A DNA stretch of 20,000 nucleotides from an uncultured virus (IMG/VR IMGVR_UViG_3300031419_000541) (IMGVR_UViG_3300031419_000541), one strand, 5' to 3'; positions 8,058 to 17,232 are shown, numbered from the stretch's first letter. The notes: generated by a model from the letters alone, not told the origin. Made by a program: numbers and translations.

Positions 8058-9287
8058 ATGAAAGCAAAAGTGGTTATCGGTGCAGGATTTGGAGATGAAG
8101 GTAAAGGATTGTTTACTGATTATTTAGCATCCCTTAATGAGAAAACAGTTGTCGTCCGATTCAATGGTGGGGCTCAGGCAGGTCATACAGTAACAACACC
8201 AGACGGAAAAAGACACGTTTTCGGACATTTCACGGCAAACAGCTTTTTAGAAAATAATAAAGGTTATTTGTCCAGGCATTTTCTGGTAAACCCCTTCGTG
8301 TATTTGTCAGAAAGAGAAAAATTAATTTCTTTGGGTACAAGCCCAACAACAGCTTGTCATGATGACTGTTTTCTAACCACGCCTTACGATATGTTGATTA
8401 ATCAATGGCTTGAGCAGTCTAGAAATTCCTCCCGTCATGGTTCATGTGGATTAGGTATTAATGAAACTGTAAATCGTTCGGAGAATGAAAAGTTACCTCT
8501 TTATATTAAAGACTGTAATTCGGAATCTGTTTTGAGAGAAAAAGTCATGCAAATCCGTGAATTCTTTAAAAAAAGGATTTCGGTTCTCGGTCTTGATAAA
8601 TACTTACAAGAAAATGAAGTGCTTTTATCTGACGATCTTATGGAAAATTTTATTGACGCAATTGCAGAAATGAAAAGTACCTTAATCACAGGCGTTAATA
8701 ATTTCAACCACTCATACTTTGCAGGTTATGAAATTATTTTTGAAGGTGCTCAGGGTCTTATGCTTGATCAGATTATGGGTGATTTCCCCCATGTGACACG
8801 TTCAAATACAGGTCTGAAGAATGTTGTAGAAATTAGTCTGGAAAATGGTATTACAGATTTGGATGTGCTGTATGCTACGCGCTGTTATAAAACCCGACAT
8901 GGCGCTGGCGTATTGCAGCATGAGTTGCAGGAAAAGCCTTATCCTATGATTGAAGATAAAACCAATATTCCCAATGAGTTTCAGGGAAGTCTTCGTTTTG
9001 CCTATCTGGATATCGATGAATTAACGTCTTTTATTGATAAAGATATTCAGTCTGTAAAACCACAAACAGATGGTATGCTGACGATTAATAAATTTATGGG
9101 TATTTCATGTCTTGATCAAAGCAATATTATAAAATATTATGAAAACGGAAGGCTTCGAGAGATACCAAATGACCTTTTTGGAAAAGGAATGGAAAAATAT
9201 GGTTTTGGTATTTATGAAAGTTTCGGTCCAAGCCGTGAAACTATTCAACATCTGAAAGTGACACCAAAGATTAAAATTAAAATGTGA
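8058..9287 (+). CDS. Adenylosuccinate synthetase (PurA) family protein, divergent
   Basis: GAGFGDEGKG, VVRFNGGAQAGHTV, HGSCGLGI, IFEGAQGLMLD, FPHVTRSNT, TRHGAG, SFGP; SD GGGAG. The aspartate-binding TTGRxRR loop is not conserved, so the symbol purA is withheld. Confidence 0.9.
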   Translation: MKAKVVIGAGFGDEGKGLFTDYLASLNEKTVVVRFNGGAQAGHTVTTPDGKRHVFGHFTANSFLENNKGYLSRHFLVNPFVYLSEREKLISLGTSPTTACHDDCFLTTPYDMLINQWLEQSRNSSRHGSCGLGINETVNRSENEKLPLYIKDCNSESVLREKVMQIREFFKKRISVLGLDKYLQENEVLLSDDLMENFIDAIAEMKSTLITGVNNFNHSYFAGYEIIFEGAQGLMLDQIMGDFPHVTRSNTGLKNVVEISLENGITDLDVLYATRCYKTRHGAGVLQHELQEKPYPMIEDKTNIPNEFQGSLRFAYLDIDELTSFIDKDIQSVKPQTDGMLTINKFMGISCLDQSNIIKYYENGRLREIPNDLFGKGMEKYGFGIYESFGPSRETIQHLKVTPKIKIKM

Positions 9288-9332
9288 GATATGTTTCAAT
9301 GAAAGGATAAGTTTTGCAAATTTAATTGATAA

Positions 9333-9358
9333 AAAAGGTGACTATATAGTCACCTTTT
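9333..9358. terminator. Bidirectional terminator between the convergent purA-like and WGR genes
   Basis: Perfect 26-bp palindrome AAAAGGTGACTATATAGTCACCTTTT. Confidence 0.8.
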
Positions 9359-9378
9359 AAATTTGAAATAATTATAAA

Positions 9379-10407
9379 TTAACTATAGCTTTCGATCTCA
9401 TAACCTTCTTTAAACTTGGATAGAAACTTGTCTTTGAAAAATTTAATAGCTTTTTGATGACTATCAAATGACTTTGTTTCCTTTTTAAGTTTTTTTCCAA
9501 TACCGCCGTACTCAACATCCACACTATTGCCGGATAAAGTAAGGCTATATTCTTTATTAGACGTTTCATAGATATACACAAGCTTCACTTTGTTAAACTC
9601 AGAAAGTTGTTTGTATGTGTTTACTTTATCGATAAATTTAAGCAATCCCCTAGCTTCTGTTTCATATTCACTGGGGGTATCAAATTCATTTTTAATAAAA
9701 AAGTTATTAAGGATTGAGCGAATCATGTTAAAGAATTCAGAATGTTTAAAAACTTTTTCAGGATTTTCACCAAAATTCATATCAAAAGATTCAAGCTTTT
9801 CTTTAGCATTAAGATCCGAGTCTTTCCAATACTCATTCAGATCTTCCTGTTGTTCATGAAGTTCAGGAATTTTAAATCCTTTAAAATCAGGAAGGCAACT
9901 AAAAAGGCTGGTTAACGTATAAATAATATCTGAATCGTCATACGCTTGTCCTGCGACTAAACACAGTCTGTTCTCGTTTTCATATCGCACAAGGGATAGT
10001 TCTGTATCATAGGCATCAATATTAGAACAAATTGTTGCTTTGTTATCCTGTTGAGCAAGAATTACAAAAGGATAATTATCCATTTCTTGAACTGTACTTA
10101 AAATATGATGGGATGTAAACAAATCCTGATTAAATTTATCAAAAACAGAATCAATGTCCTGACTATCACCAAAAAGATACTCAACCGTCATGCAATCAGA
10201 GCCATTTAATGCAGAAACTTCAAAAGATAAATCATCATCATTATAAAGCTGTTTTAACTCTATGACATCTCCGGTATTCTCAGCAAGAGGTTTCATAGAA
10301 TACATAGCTATTTTTTTGAAAGAAAAATCAAGTGTATTCGTGTTTAATAAAATAGACTGAATAACGCCTTGAGAATTTTTAGTTTGACTGTGCAGAACAA
10401 AACTCAT
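9379..10407 (-). CDS. Protein with C-terminal WGR-like domain and acidic N-terminal region
   Basis: SD AGAGG. C-terminal SNKEYSLTLSGNSVDVEYGGIGKKLKKETKSFDSHQKAIKFFKDKFLSKFKEGY follows the WGR-domain pattern (WGR read as YGG; ...K.K.GY). Confidence 0.75.
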   Translation of the reverse strand: MSFVLHSQTKNSQGVIQSILLNTNTLDFSFKKIAMYSMKPLAENTGDVIELKQLYNDDDLSFEVSALNGSDCMTVEYLFGDSQDIDSVFDKFNQDLFTSHHILSTVQEMDNYPFVILAQQDNKATICSNIDAYDTELSLVRYENENRLCLVAGQAYDDSDIIYTLTSLFSCLPDFKGFKIPELHEQQEDLNEYWKDSDLNAKEKLESFDMNFGENPEKVFKHSEFFNMIRSILNNFFIKNEFDTPSEYETEARGLLKFIDKVNTYKQLSEFNKVKLVYIYETSNKEYSLTLSGNSVDVEYGGIGKKLKKETKSFDSHQKAIKFFKDKFLSKFKEGYEIESYS

Positions 10408-10435
10408 TGTATTTTCCTCTTTTAGAAAGTAGTTA

Positions 10436-10464
10436 ATTGTACAATAATAGCGTTAATTCTGCAA
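10436..10464 (-). promoter_or_regulatory. sigma70-like promoter TTGCAG-N17-TACAAT for the WGR gene
   Basis: Canonical spacing, immediately after the upstream gene's stop codon. Confidence 0.5.
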
Positions 10465-11673
10465 TTAAATTCTTTTTATTATAAATTTTTGAGGCGAATG
10501 AATAATTTTTGATAGTTTATTACGGTTAACTTTGTTTTGTATCTGAATTAGAAATTCATGGTATGCATACATCTCTGGATCATTAGCAAATTCATAGAGA
10601 TTATTTTCAGAAAAATCCAGTCCGTTAACATAAAGAGCATTAATAATATGAGAAAATTTATTTTCAGGAATACCTCGTGAATAACTTTTATGGATATGTT
10701 GAATAAGCACATGAAGCCAGTCTGAAACAATCTGCACATCGTTTTTTCTGCAATAATTAATAAATGCGAAACGTTGATTATTAAACTGTAGAATAAAGAA
10801 AGAAGCTGTGTCAGCCCAATATTCAGAAATGACTTTTTTTATGTCAATATTGTTATCCAGCAGCCATTTTATTGTTTCTTTACTGTGGAGAAAAGGACGA
10901 ATGTTTTGGAAATTTTCTTCTGCAACATTTTTAAATTCAGGTGTGTTTATATTCAGATTAAAATGTTCACAATAAGATTTTATTTGTTTCATTGTAAATA
11001 ATGCATTTTTATTGTCGAAAAGAAATTCCTTATGAAATTTTTGGACGTCTTCAATGAATCCATGTTCAATAAAAAGCTCAATAATTTGTATACGTTTTGA
11101 AAAATATTTAGTAGGGCTAATAAGATATTTAGTTAATTCTTTCATATTAACATTGTAGTTGGTTATAATTTTTTTAATGTTATTGATATGATCACGTCGC
11201 ACAGCTTGTGCCGGATAAGGAAAATTATACGTTTTATCAACAAAAACAGCAGGGTAATTCTTCTCTTTTACAAGATAGTCCGCAATGTCACTTCTTCCCT
11301 TGATAAAGAGACAGGAAAGCAGGTCTGGTTTATCAACATCATAAATTTCATCCATGATGATAGTGCGGAAATGAGGTTTATCCAGATAATCAATATAAGG
11401 TTTAAAGTCTTTTTTAAAGCCTGCTATTTCAATAATAAGATCTATAAAACTCAATTCTGAATAATAAGGAAAATAGCTTTCCATGACATGTATAAAAAAA
11501 TCAAGATCACGATTTTTTAAAACAAAATCCAGATCACAAAGTAATTGACTGCCAACAAAATTGTCATTTTCATCAATTGTCATGGAACCCTGATAGTTAC
11601 TAATGCTTTTAAAATTAGCATAAAAAGTACTGTTATTATTTTTAAAATAATGTTGAGAAATAGAAATTAACAA
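10465..11673 (-). CDS. Hypothetical helical/degenerate ankyrin-like protein (402 aa), C-terminal R-I signature; paralog of 11757-12983
   Basis: TTG start with SD AGGGGG; ankyrin-like segments (GRSDIADYLV, IKWLLDNNIDI); ends QKFIIKRI. Confidence 0.8.
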   Translation of the reverse strand: MLISISQHYFKNNNSTFYANFKSISNYQGSMTIDENDNFVGSQLLCDLDFVLKNRDLDFFIHVMESYFPYYSELSFIDLIIEIAGFKKDFKPYIDYLDKPHFRTIIMDEIYDVDKPDLLSCLFIKGRSDIADYLVKEKNYPAVFVDKTYNFPYPAQAVRRDHINNIKKIITNYNVNMKELTKYLISPTKYFSKRIQIIELFIEHGFIEDVQKFHKEFLFDNKNALFTMKQIKSYCEHFNLNINTPEFKNVAEENFQNIRPFLHSKETIKWLLDNNIDIKKVISEYWADTASFFILQFNNQRFAFINYCRKNDVQIVSDWLHVLIQHIHKSYSRGIPENKFSHIINALYVNGLDFSENNLYEFANDPEMYAYHEFLIQIQNKVNRNKLSKIIHSPQKFIIKRI

Positions 11674-11698
11674 AATAGCCCCCTATTAATATTTTGCC

Positions 11699-11727
11699 AG
11701 TATAACCTTTAAAGGGGAGATTTTCAA
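11699..11727 (-). promoter_or_regulatory. sigma70-like promoter TTGAAA-N17-TATACT
   Basis: Near-consensus with canonical spacing, upstream of the TTG start at 11673. Confidence 0.6.
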
Positions 11728-11756
11728 TAATATTTATGAATATTAAATATTAAGTA

Positions 11757-12983
11757 TTAAATTCTTGGATTGTTAAGCTTTGCTGATTGTATATTAAGTT
11801 GGTTCCTTAATATGTTTTGCTGAATATGCACATCAACTTCACCAAGCTGTTCTGTGGTTAAAAGTTTATAACTTTTACGCTTAATAAATTCTTCAAATTC
11901 TTTTACGGTATGTTTAAAAATGTCAAATCCCATAAATTTCATGAAAGGGTAAAGATGACTAAAATCACTCAGACCTCGTGGATGCTTATAAGAGTAATCA
12001 GAAATAAAATCTGAGATAACTCTATCGGTATATGCAGGAGCTACTTTAACATTAAAGCCATGCTCTTCAATTGCTTCGAAAATATGATTTCCCTCAGAAG
12101 TAATTATTTTTTTAAGAAATGCTGACCAGAAAGGACCATGACTATTTGAATCAAAAAGCTCCTGATAAACAACACCATTATTATGAAAGAAATTAATGTG
12201 TTCTTTTGACTTAAGTAACACGTAACTGTTGAATGTACCATCAATAATTTTGTCATGTACGTAATTGGTATCAAAATCATATTGAAAAAAAGCATTGAGT
12301 TTGCATAAACTTTCACAATTTAAAGCACGAGTTGCTGTATTGAAAAAAATATATTCAATGTTTTCTTCTTCGGTCAGGTTTTTCGGAAGCATTTGATATA
12401 ATTTTATGGCGTCCTCAATATGATTATTAGAGAAACCAAAGTAAAATGCCTTATTATTCTGAATATGATAGCCTGAATCGAGTAATTCTTTAATATTATC
12501 ATAATCATGATATGAAAGAAGATCATTAAGATAACGACTGTCTTTAGATAAAATTTTAGGAATACCATATTTATCAGTCAGATAATTAGCAATGTCAGAC
12601 AAATTAAACATAAATAATTCAGACAATATATCATTTTTTTCATTATGAAAATCACTGGTCTTGAAACCATTATTAAAAAGATAATCAAAATAAGGCGAAA
12701 AATCGTCACGTAAGTAGGCAATACTTAAAAACATATTTTTGTTAAAGTTAAGATCAGGACAGGTTAACATATATTTTTTATGCAAATCGACAATATTAGT
12801 AAATGTTTTAAAGTCACAATGATGAATTGCAAAATCAAAGGTTTCAGCCAGTTTTTTAATATGGAATTTGGGATTTTTTGTATATTCTTTTTTATAGGTG
12901 TCAAAATCTCTGAAATAACCAGACATTGTTTCTTTATTTTTTGAATCCACTTCAAGTTGAATCAGGTTATATTCTTTAACCAT
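11757..12983 (-). CDS. Hypothetical helical/degenerate ankyrin-like protein (408 aa), C-terminal R-I signature
   Basis: Long ORF; ATG 1 nt after the upstream stop (TAA-T-ATG, coupling); DYDNIKELLDSGYHI is ankyrin-like; ends AKLNNPRI. Confidence 0.8.
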   Translation of the reverse strand: MVKEYNLIQLEVDSKNKETMSGYFRDFDTYKKEYTKNPKFHIKKLAETFDFAIHHCDFKTFTNIVDLHKKYMLTCPDLNFNKNMFLSIAYLRDDFSPYFDYLFNNGFKTSDFHNEKNDILSELFMFNLSDIANYLTDKYGIPKILSKDSRYLNDLLSYHDYDNIKELLDSGYHIQNNKAFYFGFSNNHIEDAIKLYQMLPKNLTEEENIEYIFFNTATRALNCESLCKLNAFFQYDFDTNYVHDKIIDGTFNSYVLLKSKEHINFFHNNGVVYQELFDSNSHGPFWSAFLKKIITSEGNHIFEAIEEHGFNVKVAPAYTDRVISDFISDYSYKHPRGLSDFSHLYPFMKFMGFDIFKHTVKEFEEFIKRKSYKLLTTEQLGEVDVHIQQNILRNQLNIQSAKLNNPRI

Positions 12984-12984
12984 A

Positions 12985-14115
12985 TTAAATTCTCTTTATA
13001 TTTTTATGCTGTGAATTATTATTTGTTAATAGCGAGAGGCTCTCTTTTTCATATTGAATATTAATAAGATATTCAGTTTTATCGTAGAGATCATGATAGT
13101 CACCTTTAAAAGAAGCATGGTATCTTTGTTTTATTTGATTTATGGCCCATGTAAATTGTCTGAGATCGTTATAACTGAAATCAGTTGTCAGTGTAGTGTG
13201 ATAATCATTAAAGCTGTTTGAGTTTTTAACTGTGTTGAATAATGCATCAGCAATAAATAAAATAGTTTCTTTATTAACAATATCTTCTGGTTGTTCTTTA
13301 TCAACAATAATATTTTGATTTATCGAAGACATAAATTTATTCAGGTAATTATTGATTTCCATGTGTAGAAAAAGAAAAGCCAGAAATGAGTTTTTATTAA
13401 TGTTAATTGCTTTTTCTTTTTCGATTTCAGATAAAATCATTTTGGTTAAAATGGGTAAAAAGCTATTGTTTAATGGAGCAAAAGCATAATAATCATTGAG
13501 TAAAATATTTATAATAAGTGGATTAGAATTAAGGCCAGGAGAAGCATTATAGGCATTAAAAGAAATATTTTTCTGTCTTATTGGGCTATGCAGGAAAGAA
13601 AAAGGAAGTTGCTTAAATAAATCAATAATTGTATCCAGAGTATCATGTGTTAATGCATGAAATGTCGCTAATAAAAATATATCATTATCATAGCCTGCAT
13701 GAATACAATTATATTCATTGAATAAAATTTTAAGATCTGGGTGATGGTTATTAATATCAATAATATTACGTAAATCATGAATATAATCATTTCTTATGTA
13801 ATCAAAAAAGTATTGATAATCTGTATCGTGATAAAAAGAACTTATATGTTCATTTAAAAAATCAATATTATTATACTGATGCCATACCGTTACATCGATA
13901 TAATTTCCTGAGATAGCTTCATGTATAAAATCATGCTTCACATCTTTATCGCAAGGTGAAAGGTAAATAAAGTTAAGGAAATTTAAGCGGTCTTGACTAC
14001 CTCTGCTGCATTCTATACTTTCAAGGATTGCCTTTTGGTTGTGATAAAAATAATCGTGATCCTGCTCCATAAATTGAATATGGTCTTGAAAGGAAAAGGG
14101 TTTAATTAAAGTCAT
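12985..14115 (-). CDS. Hypothetical protein (~376 aa), C-terminal R-I signature; probable paralog of 1-891
   Basis: Long ORF. Start probably MTLIKPF (14115) after GGA, since the ORF-track ATG at 14148 overlaps a TATAAT box. Ends HKNIKRI. Confidence 0.8.
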   Translation of the reverse strand: MTLIKPFSFQDHIQFMEQDHDYFYHNQKAILESIECSRGSQDRLNFLNFIYLSPCDKDVKHDFIHEAISGNYIDVTVWHQYNNIDFLNEHISSFYHDTDYQYFFDYIRNDYIHDLRNIIDINNHHPDLKILFNEYNCIHAGYDNDIFLLATFHALTHDTLDTIIDLFKQLPFSFLHSPIRQKNISFNAYNASPGLNSNPLIINILLNDYYAFAPLNNSFLPILTKMILSEIEKEKAININKNSFLAFLFLHMEINNYLNKFMSSINQNIIVDKEQPEDIVNKETILFIADALFNTVKNSNSFNDYHTTLTTDFSYNDLRQFTWAINQIKQRYHASFKGDYHDLYDKTEYLINIQYEKESLSLLTNNNSQHKNIKRI

Positions 14116-14208
14116 AATATTGTCCATAAAATAATATTCATTATACATGATAATGCATAAAACAATTATTTAAAAGTGTAATGTTTTTTTTAAAAAATCT
14201 TTTTTTTA

Positions 14209-14217
14209 TGCTATAAT
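14209..14217 (+). promoter_or_regulatory. Extended -10 promoter (TGCTATAAT)
   Basis: Exact TGnTATAAT upstream of SD AGGGAG and ATG 14243. Confidence 0.55.
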
Positions 14218-14242
14218 GTCATTATTGAATAGGGAGAGAACT

Positions 14243-15508
14243 ATGTTAAAAGAAAAAACCAGAATTTTTGTTCCTGAAAACATAGTTAATACTCTTAATT
14301 TATTAACTAAAAATAACGATGAAAAAGGGTTAAGAAAATTTCTTTCACATAATCCAGACTTATCAATATTCAGAGATTATAGTGGATGGGAGTATGGCAC
14401 AAGTTCGATTAAAGAAAATCCTATGGATATCACTTTAAATAAAAAAGGTTTAGCCTGTTTTAAATTATTAATGTCACATAATTATCCTTTTCAAAAAATA
14501 TTTATTTATTATTTAAATGAAATAATTTCCAGAAATTTGCATGAGCATATGCAATATATACTTGATGAATATCCTGATTTTTTATTTAAAGATATGAGGG
14601 ATGATTCAAAGAACACTCATGAGTTTTTGTGGATAAATATATTAATAAATAAAAAAGATTATCATGGTAATTTTATTATAGAAAAAAATGAGTGGTCTTT
14701 TTTACGTTCTTATTTGTTGGCAGACTATATTATTGAGAATGCACTAACTAATGCGGCCTATTTAGAGCAAAGCGATTTTCCAAATTCTTCTCTTTCGTTT
14801 AACGAAAATAAGATTAACCAAAATATGTATAATGATATGTTTAATCATTATACTGGAAATATTGAGGAATATTTAAAAAAACATTATGAAAAGTTATTCA
14901 GGCTACTATGTCATGTTTCTTCACTAAAAACGTTCGAGTTTTTTATCGGAAAATTTGGTAATTTATTGAAAGATTTGGCAATGGATAATAAAAATTTCAT
15001 TAATGATTTTATACAGCATTATTGTTACGAAAATAAAGGAATAACTTTATCACGAATATTTGGAAATTCAATGTTTTTAAAAGTATTGAATTATTTTTTT
15101 AATAAGGAAGAAGGACAGATATATCTCTTAGGTAAGGATAAAAATAAACAAAGTGCTTTGGAAAAACTGTTCAACGTTGAAGCAGATTTTGTATTCAGAA
15201 AACTGGTAGTTGAGGGAGTTATTCAAAAAAGTTGGCTTAACAACAATGTGATTCTTAATAAAAATGGTGATACGTTTGGTCATTTTATTTGTAAACAGCA
15301 AATAAGCGAAGATTCTCGCTTGGAAATAATTGATTTTTTTGAGTTAGATATCGCGAATATAAAAAATAATAAAGGAAAAATAGCCTTTGATTTAATTATG
15401 AATCCTTCAAAAGAAATCAGAATATTAAAAGAAAAACAATGTATCAGGCATTTGCTGAATGATAAAAAAAGTGATGCTCTGCCAGTTGTTAAAAAAATCA
15501 GAATTTAA
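14243..15508 (+). CDS. Ankyrin-repeat-containing protein (~421 aa), C-terminal R-I signature
   Basis: SD AGGGAG; ankyrin-type turns KDKNKQSALEKL, LNKNGDTFGHFIC and IKNNKGKIAFDL; ends VVKKIRI. Confidence 0.8.
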   Translation: MLKEKTRIFVPENIVNTLNLLTKNNDEKGLRKFLSHNPDLSIFRDYSGWEYGTSSIKENPMDITLNKKGLACFKLLMSHNYPFQKIFIYYLNEIISRNLHEHMQYILDEYPDFLFKDMRDDSKNTHEFLWINILINKKDYHGNFIIEKNEWSFLRSYLLADYIIENALTNAAYLEQSDFPNSSLSFNENKINQNMYNDMFNHYTGNIEEYLKKHYEKLFRLLCHVSSLKTFEFFIGKFGNLLKDLAMDNKNFINDFIQHYCYENKGITLSRIFGNSMFLKVLNYFFNKEEGQIYLLGKDKNKQSALEKLFNVEADFVFRKLVVEGVIQKSWLNNNVILNKNGDTFGHFICKQQISEDSRLEIIDFFELDIANIKNNKGKIAFDLIMNPSKEIRILKEKQCIRHLLNDKKSDALPVVKKIRI

Positions 15509-15734
15509 AGTTGTGTTTTTTCGGTCTTTCAAATAACATTGTTTTATCAATGATAACCGTTTTTTTTCGTCCCATGTTTAATCTTTTTCGCATATCAGGA
15601 TCACGAATTTCCAGTTTTATTTGATCCTGATTTGCTTCCACATAATCAGGAAACATAGAAAGTTGTTCTTCAAGAAAAAAACCTTCAAATTGATTCCCTT
15701 CGAATAAAAAATGTATCTGACATCCAATTTCCAT
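15498..15734 (-). CDS. Small hypothetical protein (78 aa)
   Basis: Fills otherwise empty space; protein-like composition; weak SD (AAGAG); overlaps the convergent gene end by 11 nt. Confidence 0.55.
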   Translation of the reverse strand: MEIGCQIHFLFEGNQFEGFFLEEQLSMFPDYVEANQDQIKLEIRDPDMRKRLNMGRKKTVIIDKTMLFERPKKHNFKF

Positions 15735-15816
15735 AAAATAGACTCTTTTAAAATTGTTTTTATCTGTAATAATAACCTATTATAGCTTATTGGTTTGGAA
15801 TAAAAAGGTATATTAA

Positions 15817-16770
15817 ATGTTTAATACACAAGAAAAGTTATTTCTGTATAAAAAAGGAGCTATTGACTCTCGAGGGCTTGTTCAGGATCTGAATAATTGT
15901 TCGGTCAAAGAAATAAAAACGATAATAGATTTTCTTGAAGAACCTGTAAATCTGATTGATTTTATTGACGCTTTCTACTTACGAAATAATAGCCTTAAAA
16001 ATAATGAAAAAAAAGAGATTATATCTTATTTAATGCAAAAATTTTCCTTAAAAGAAATCTTTAAAAATGCATATGCTTACAAAAGCGAAATAGGTAATCT
16101 GGTTATAGAGGCTAAGCCTAAATTATACTATCAAAATCCTGAAATTTTTCTCACGACAAAATGGAATATTTTTATTATTGAAAATTCAGAATGGAAAACA
16201 GCATTAATGAAAACATTTGAGGATAAAAAATTATCATATAAAGAAACTTATAGAAAATACAAAAACGATATGCTGTGCTATGAGATGAATGAATCGCTTC
16301 TGGTAAAAATAATCGATATATTTGAAAAATTATCAGGAAATGGAGAGGATCTTTTTAAAAAAATCCAGAACACGTTTAATTCAGTTTATGAGCGTGAAGA
16401 AGAAATAAAAAGCTATTTTTCAATTAATGTGGACAACTGCAAGCAAAAATCTATAAAAAGATATATAGAAATTATATTTTCTATGTGCAATGCAAATTCA
16501 ATTAATTTAAAAAAAGTTTTCTATATTGGCGACCTGAATTATGAATTTATGGAAAAAATGAACAAATCATTTTATTTTAATATGGTTGATTATATCAGCA
16601 TAAAAGAACCAAAATTTGCTTTTTATATTAAAAATAACATAACAGAAAAATATAATAATTCAGAAAGAATGTTGTATTTGATTGAAAAAATGACAAAAGA
16701 AGAAAAGAAACAGATAGGAGAAAAGCTGGGCGATTCACAGAAATCGAATGGTACTAAAAAAAGATTATAA
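15817..16770 (+). CDS. Hypothetical helical protein (317 aa), C-terminal R-L signature
   Basis: SD AAGGT; ends EEKKQIGEKLGDSQKSNGTKKRL. Confidence 0.8.
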   Translation: MFNTQEKLFLYKKGAIDSRGLVQDLNNCSVKEIKTIIDFLEEPVNLIDFIDAFYLRNNSLKNNEKKEIISYLMQKFSLKEIFKNAYAYKSEIGNLVIEAKPKLYYQNPEIFLTTKWNIFIIENSEWKTALMKTFEDKKLSYKETYRKYKNDMLCYEMNESLLVKIIDIFEKLSGNGEDLFKKIQNTFNSVYEREEEIKSYFSINVDNCKQKSIKRYIEIIFSMCNANSINLKKVFYIGDLNYEFMEKMNKSFYFNMVDYISIKEPKFAFYIKNNITEKYNNSERMLYLIEKMTKEEKKQIGEKLGDSQKSNGTKKRL

Positions 16771-16887
16771 AAAATTTGCTATAGAAAAAATATGATGTTT
16801 ATATTTAAATAACAACAGGAATGTTGTTCTGAAATATCAAGCCTTTAAGTTATTACTCCCAAGTGAGGTAACGAATAGAGGTAATAT

Positions 16888-17232
16888 ATGAACAAAAAAA
16901 TACAGAAATATTTAAAATGTATATTAGATAATTCAGTTAATTTAGAAAATTCTTATGATCCAATATATTATGAATTAAGAAAGGACGGTCATAAATATTT
17001 CATTCTTGCAGCTTATTATGGCAAGGCAAAAAATGGAAAAGAAGATAAATTTTTCTTCCAGTTGGAGCTTCCCGATAACATTGTTATTGAATATGATGAA
17101 AATGAAATGATTCTTCGTTGCTGGTGGCAGCATGACTACTTTAAACTTGACAGAAGATCTAAAAAGTTAACCAAAGAGTTAATAAAAAAAGTCAAACCTT
17201 TCATACGTGATTCATATTTAAGTTGGTTTTAA
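16888..17232 (+). CDS. Hypothetical protein (114 aa)
   Basis: SD GAGGT; followed by a terminator. Confidence 0.75.
   Translation: MNKKIQKYLKCILDNSVNLENSYDPIYYELRKDGHKYFILAAYYGKAKNGKEDKFFFQLELPDNIVIEYDENEMILRCWWQHDYFKLDRRSKKLTKELIKKVKPFIRDSYLSWF

Noticed and set aside
8058..9287. PurZ (2-aminoadenine Z-genome) assignment
   Set aside because: The catalytic position is Asp (GDEGKG), not the Ser of PurZ, and no dATPase/MazZ-like genes are recognisable in the window.
10465..15508. AGAATTTAA at four gene ends as a DNA recombination site (integron-like cassette boundary)
   Set aside because: Other tagged genes use different codons, and no attC-like inverted repeats follow the stops; it is explained by Arg-Ile-stop in AT-rich codons.
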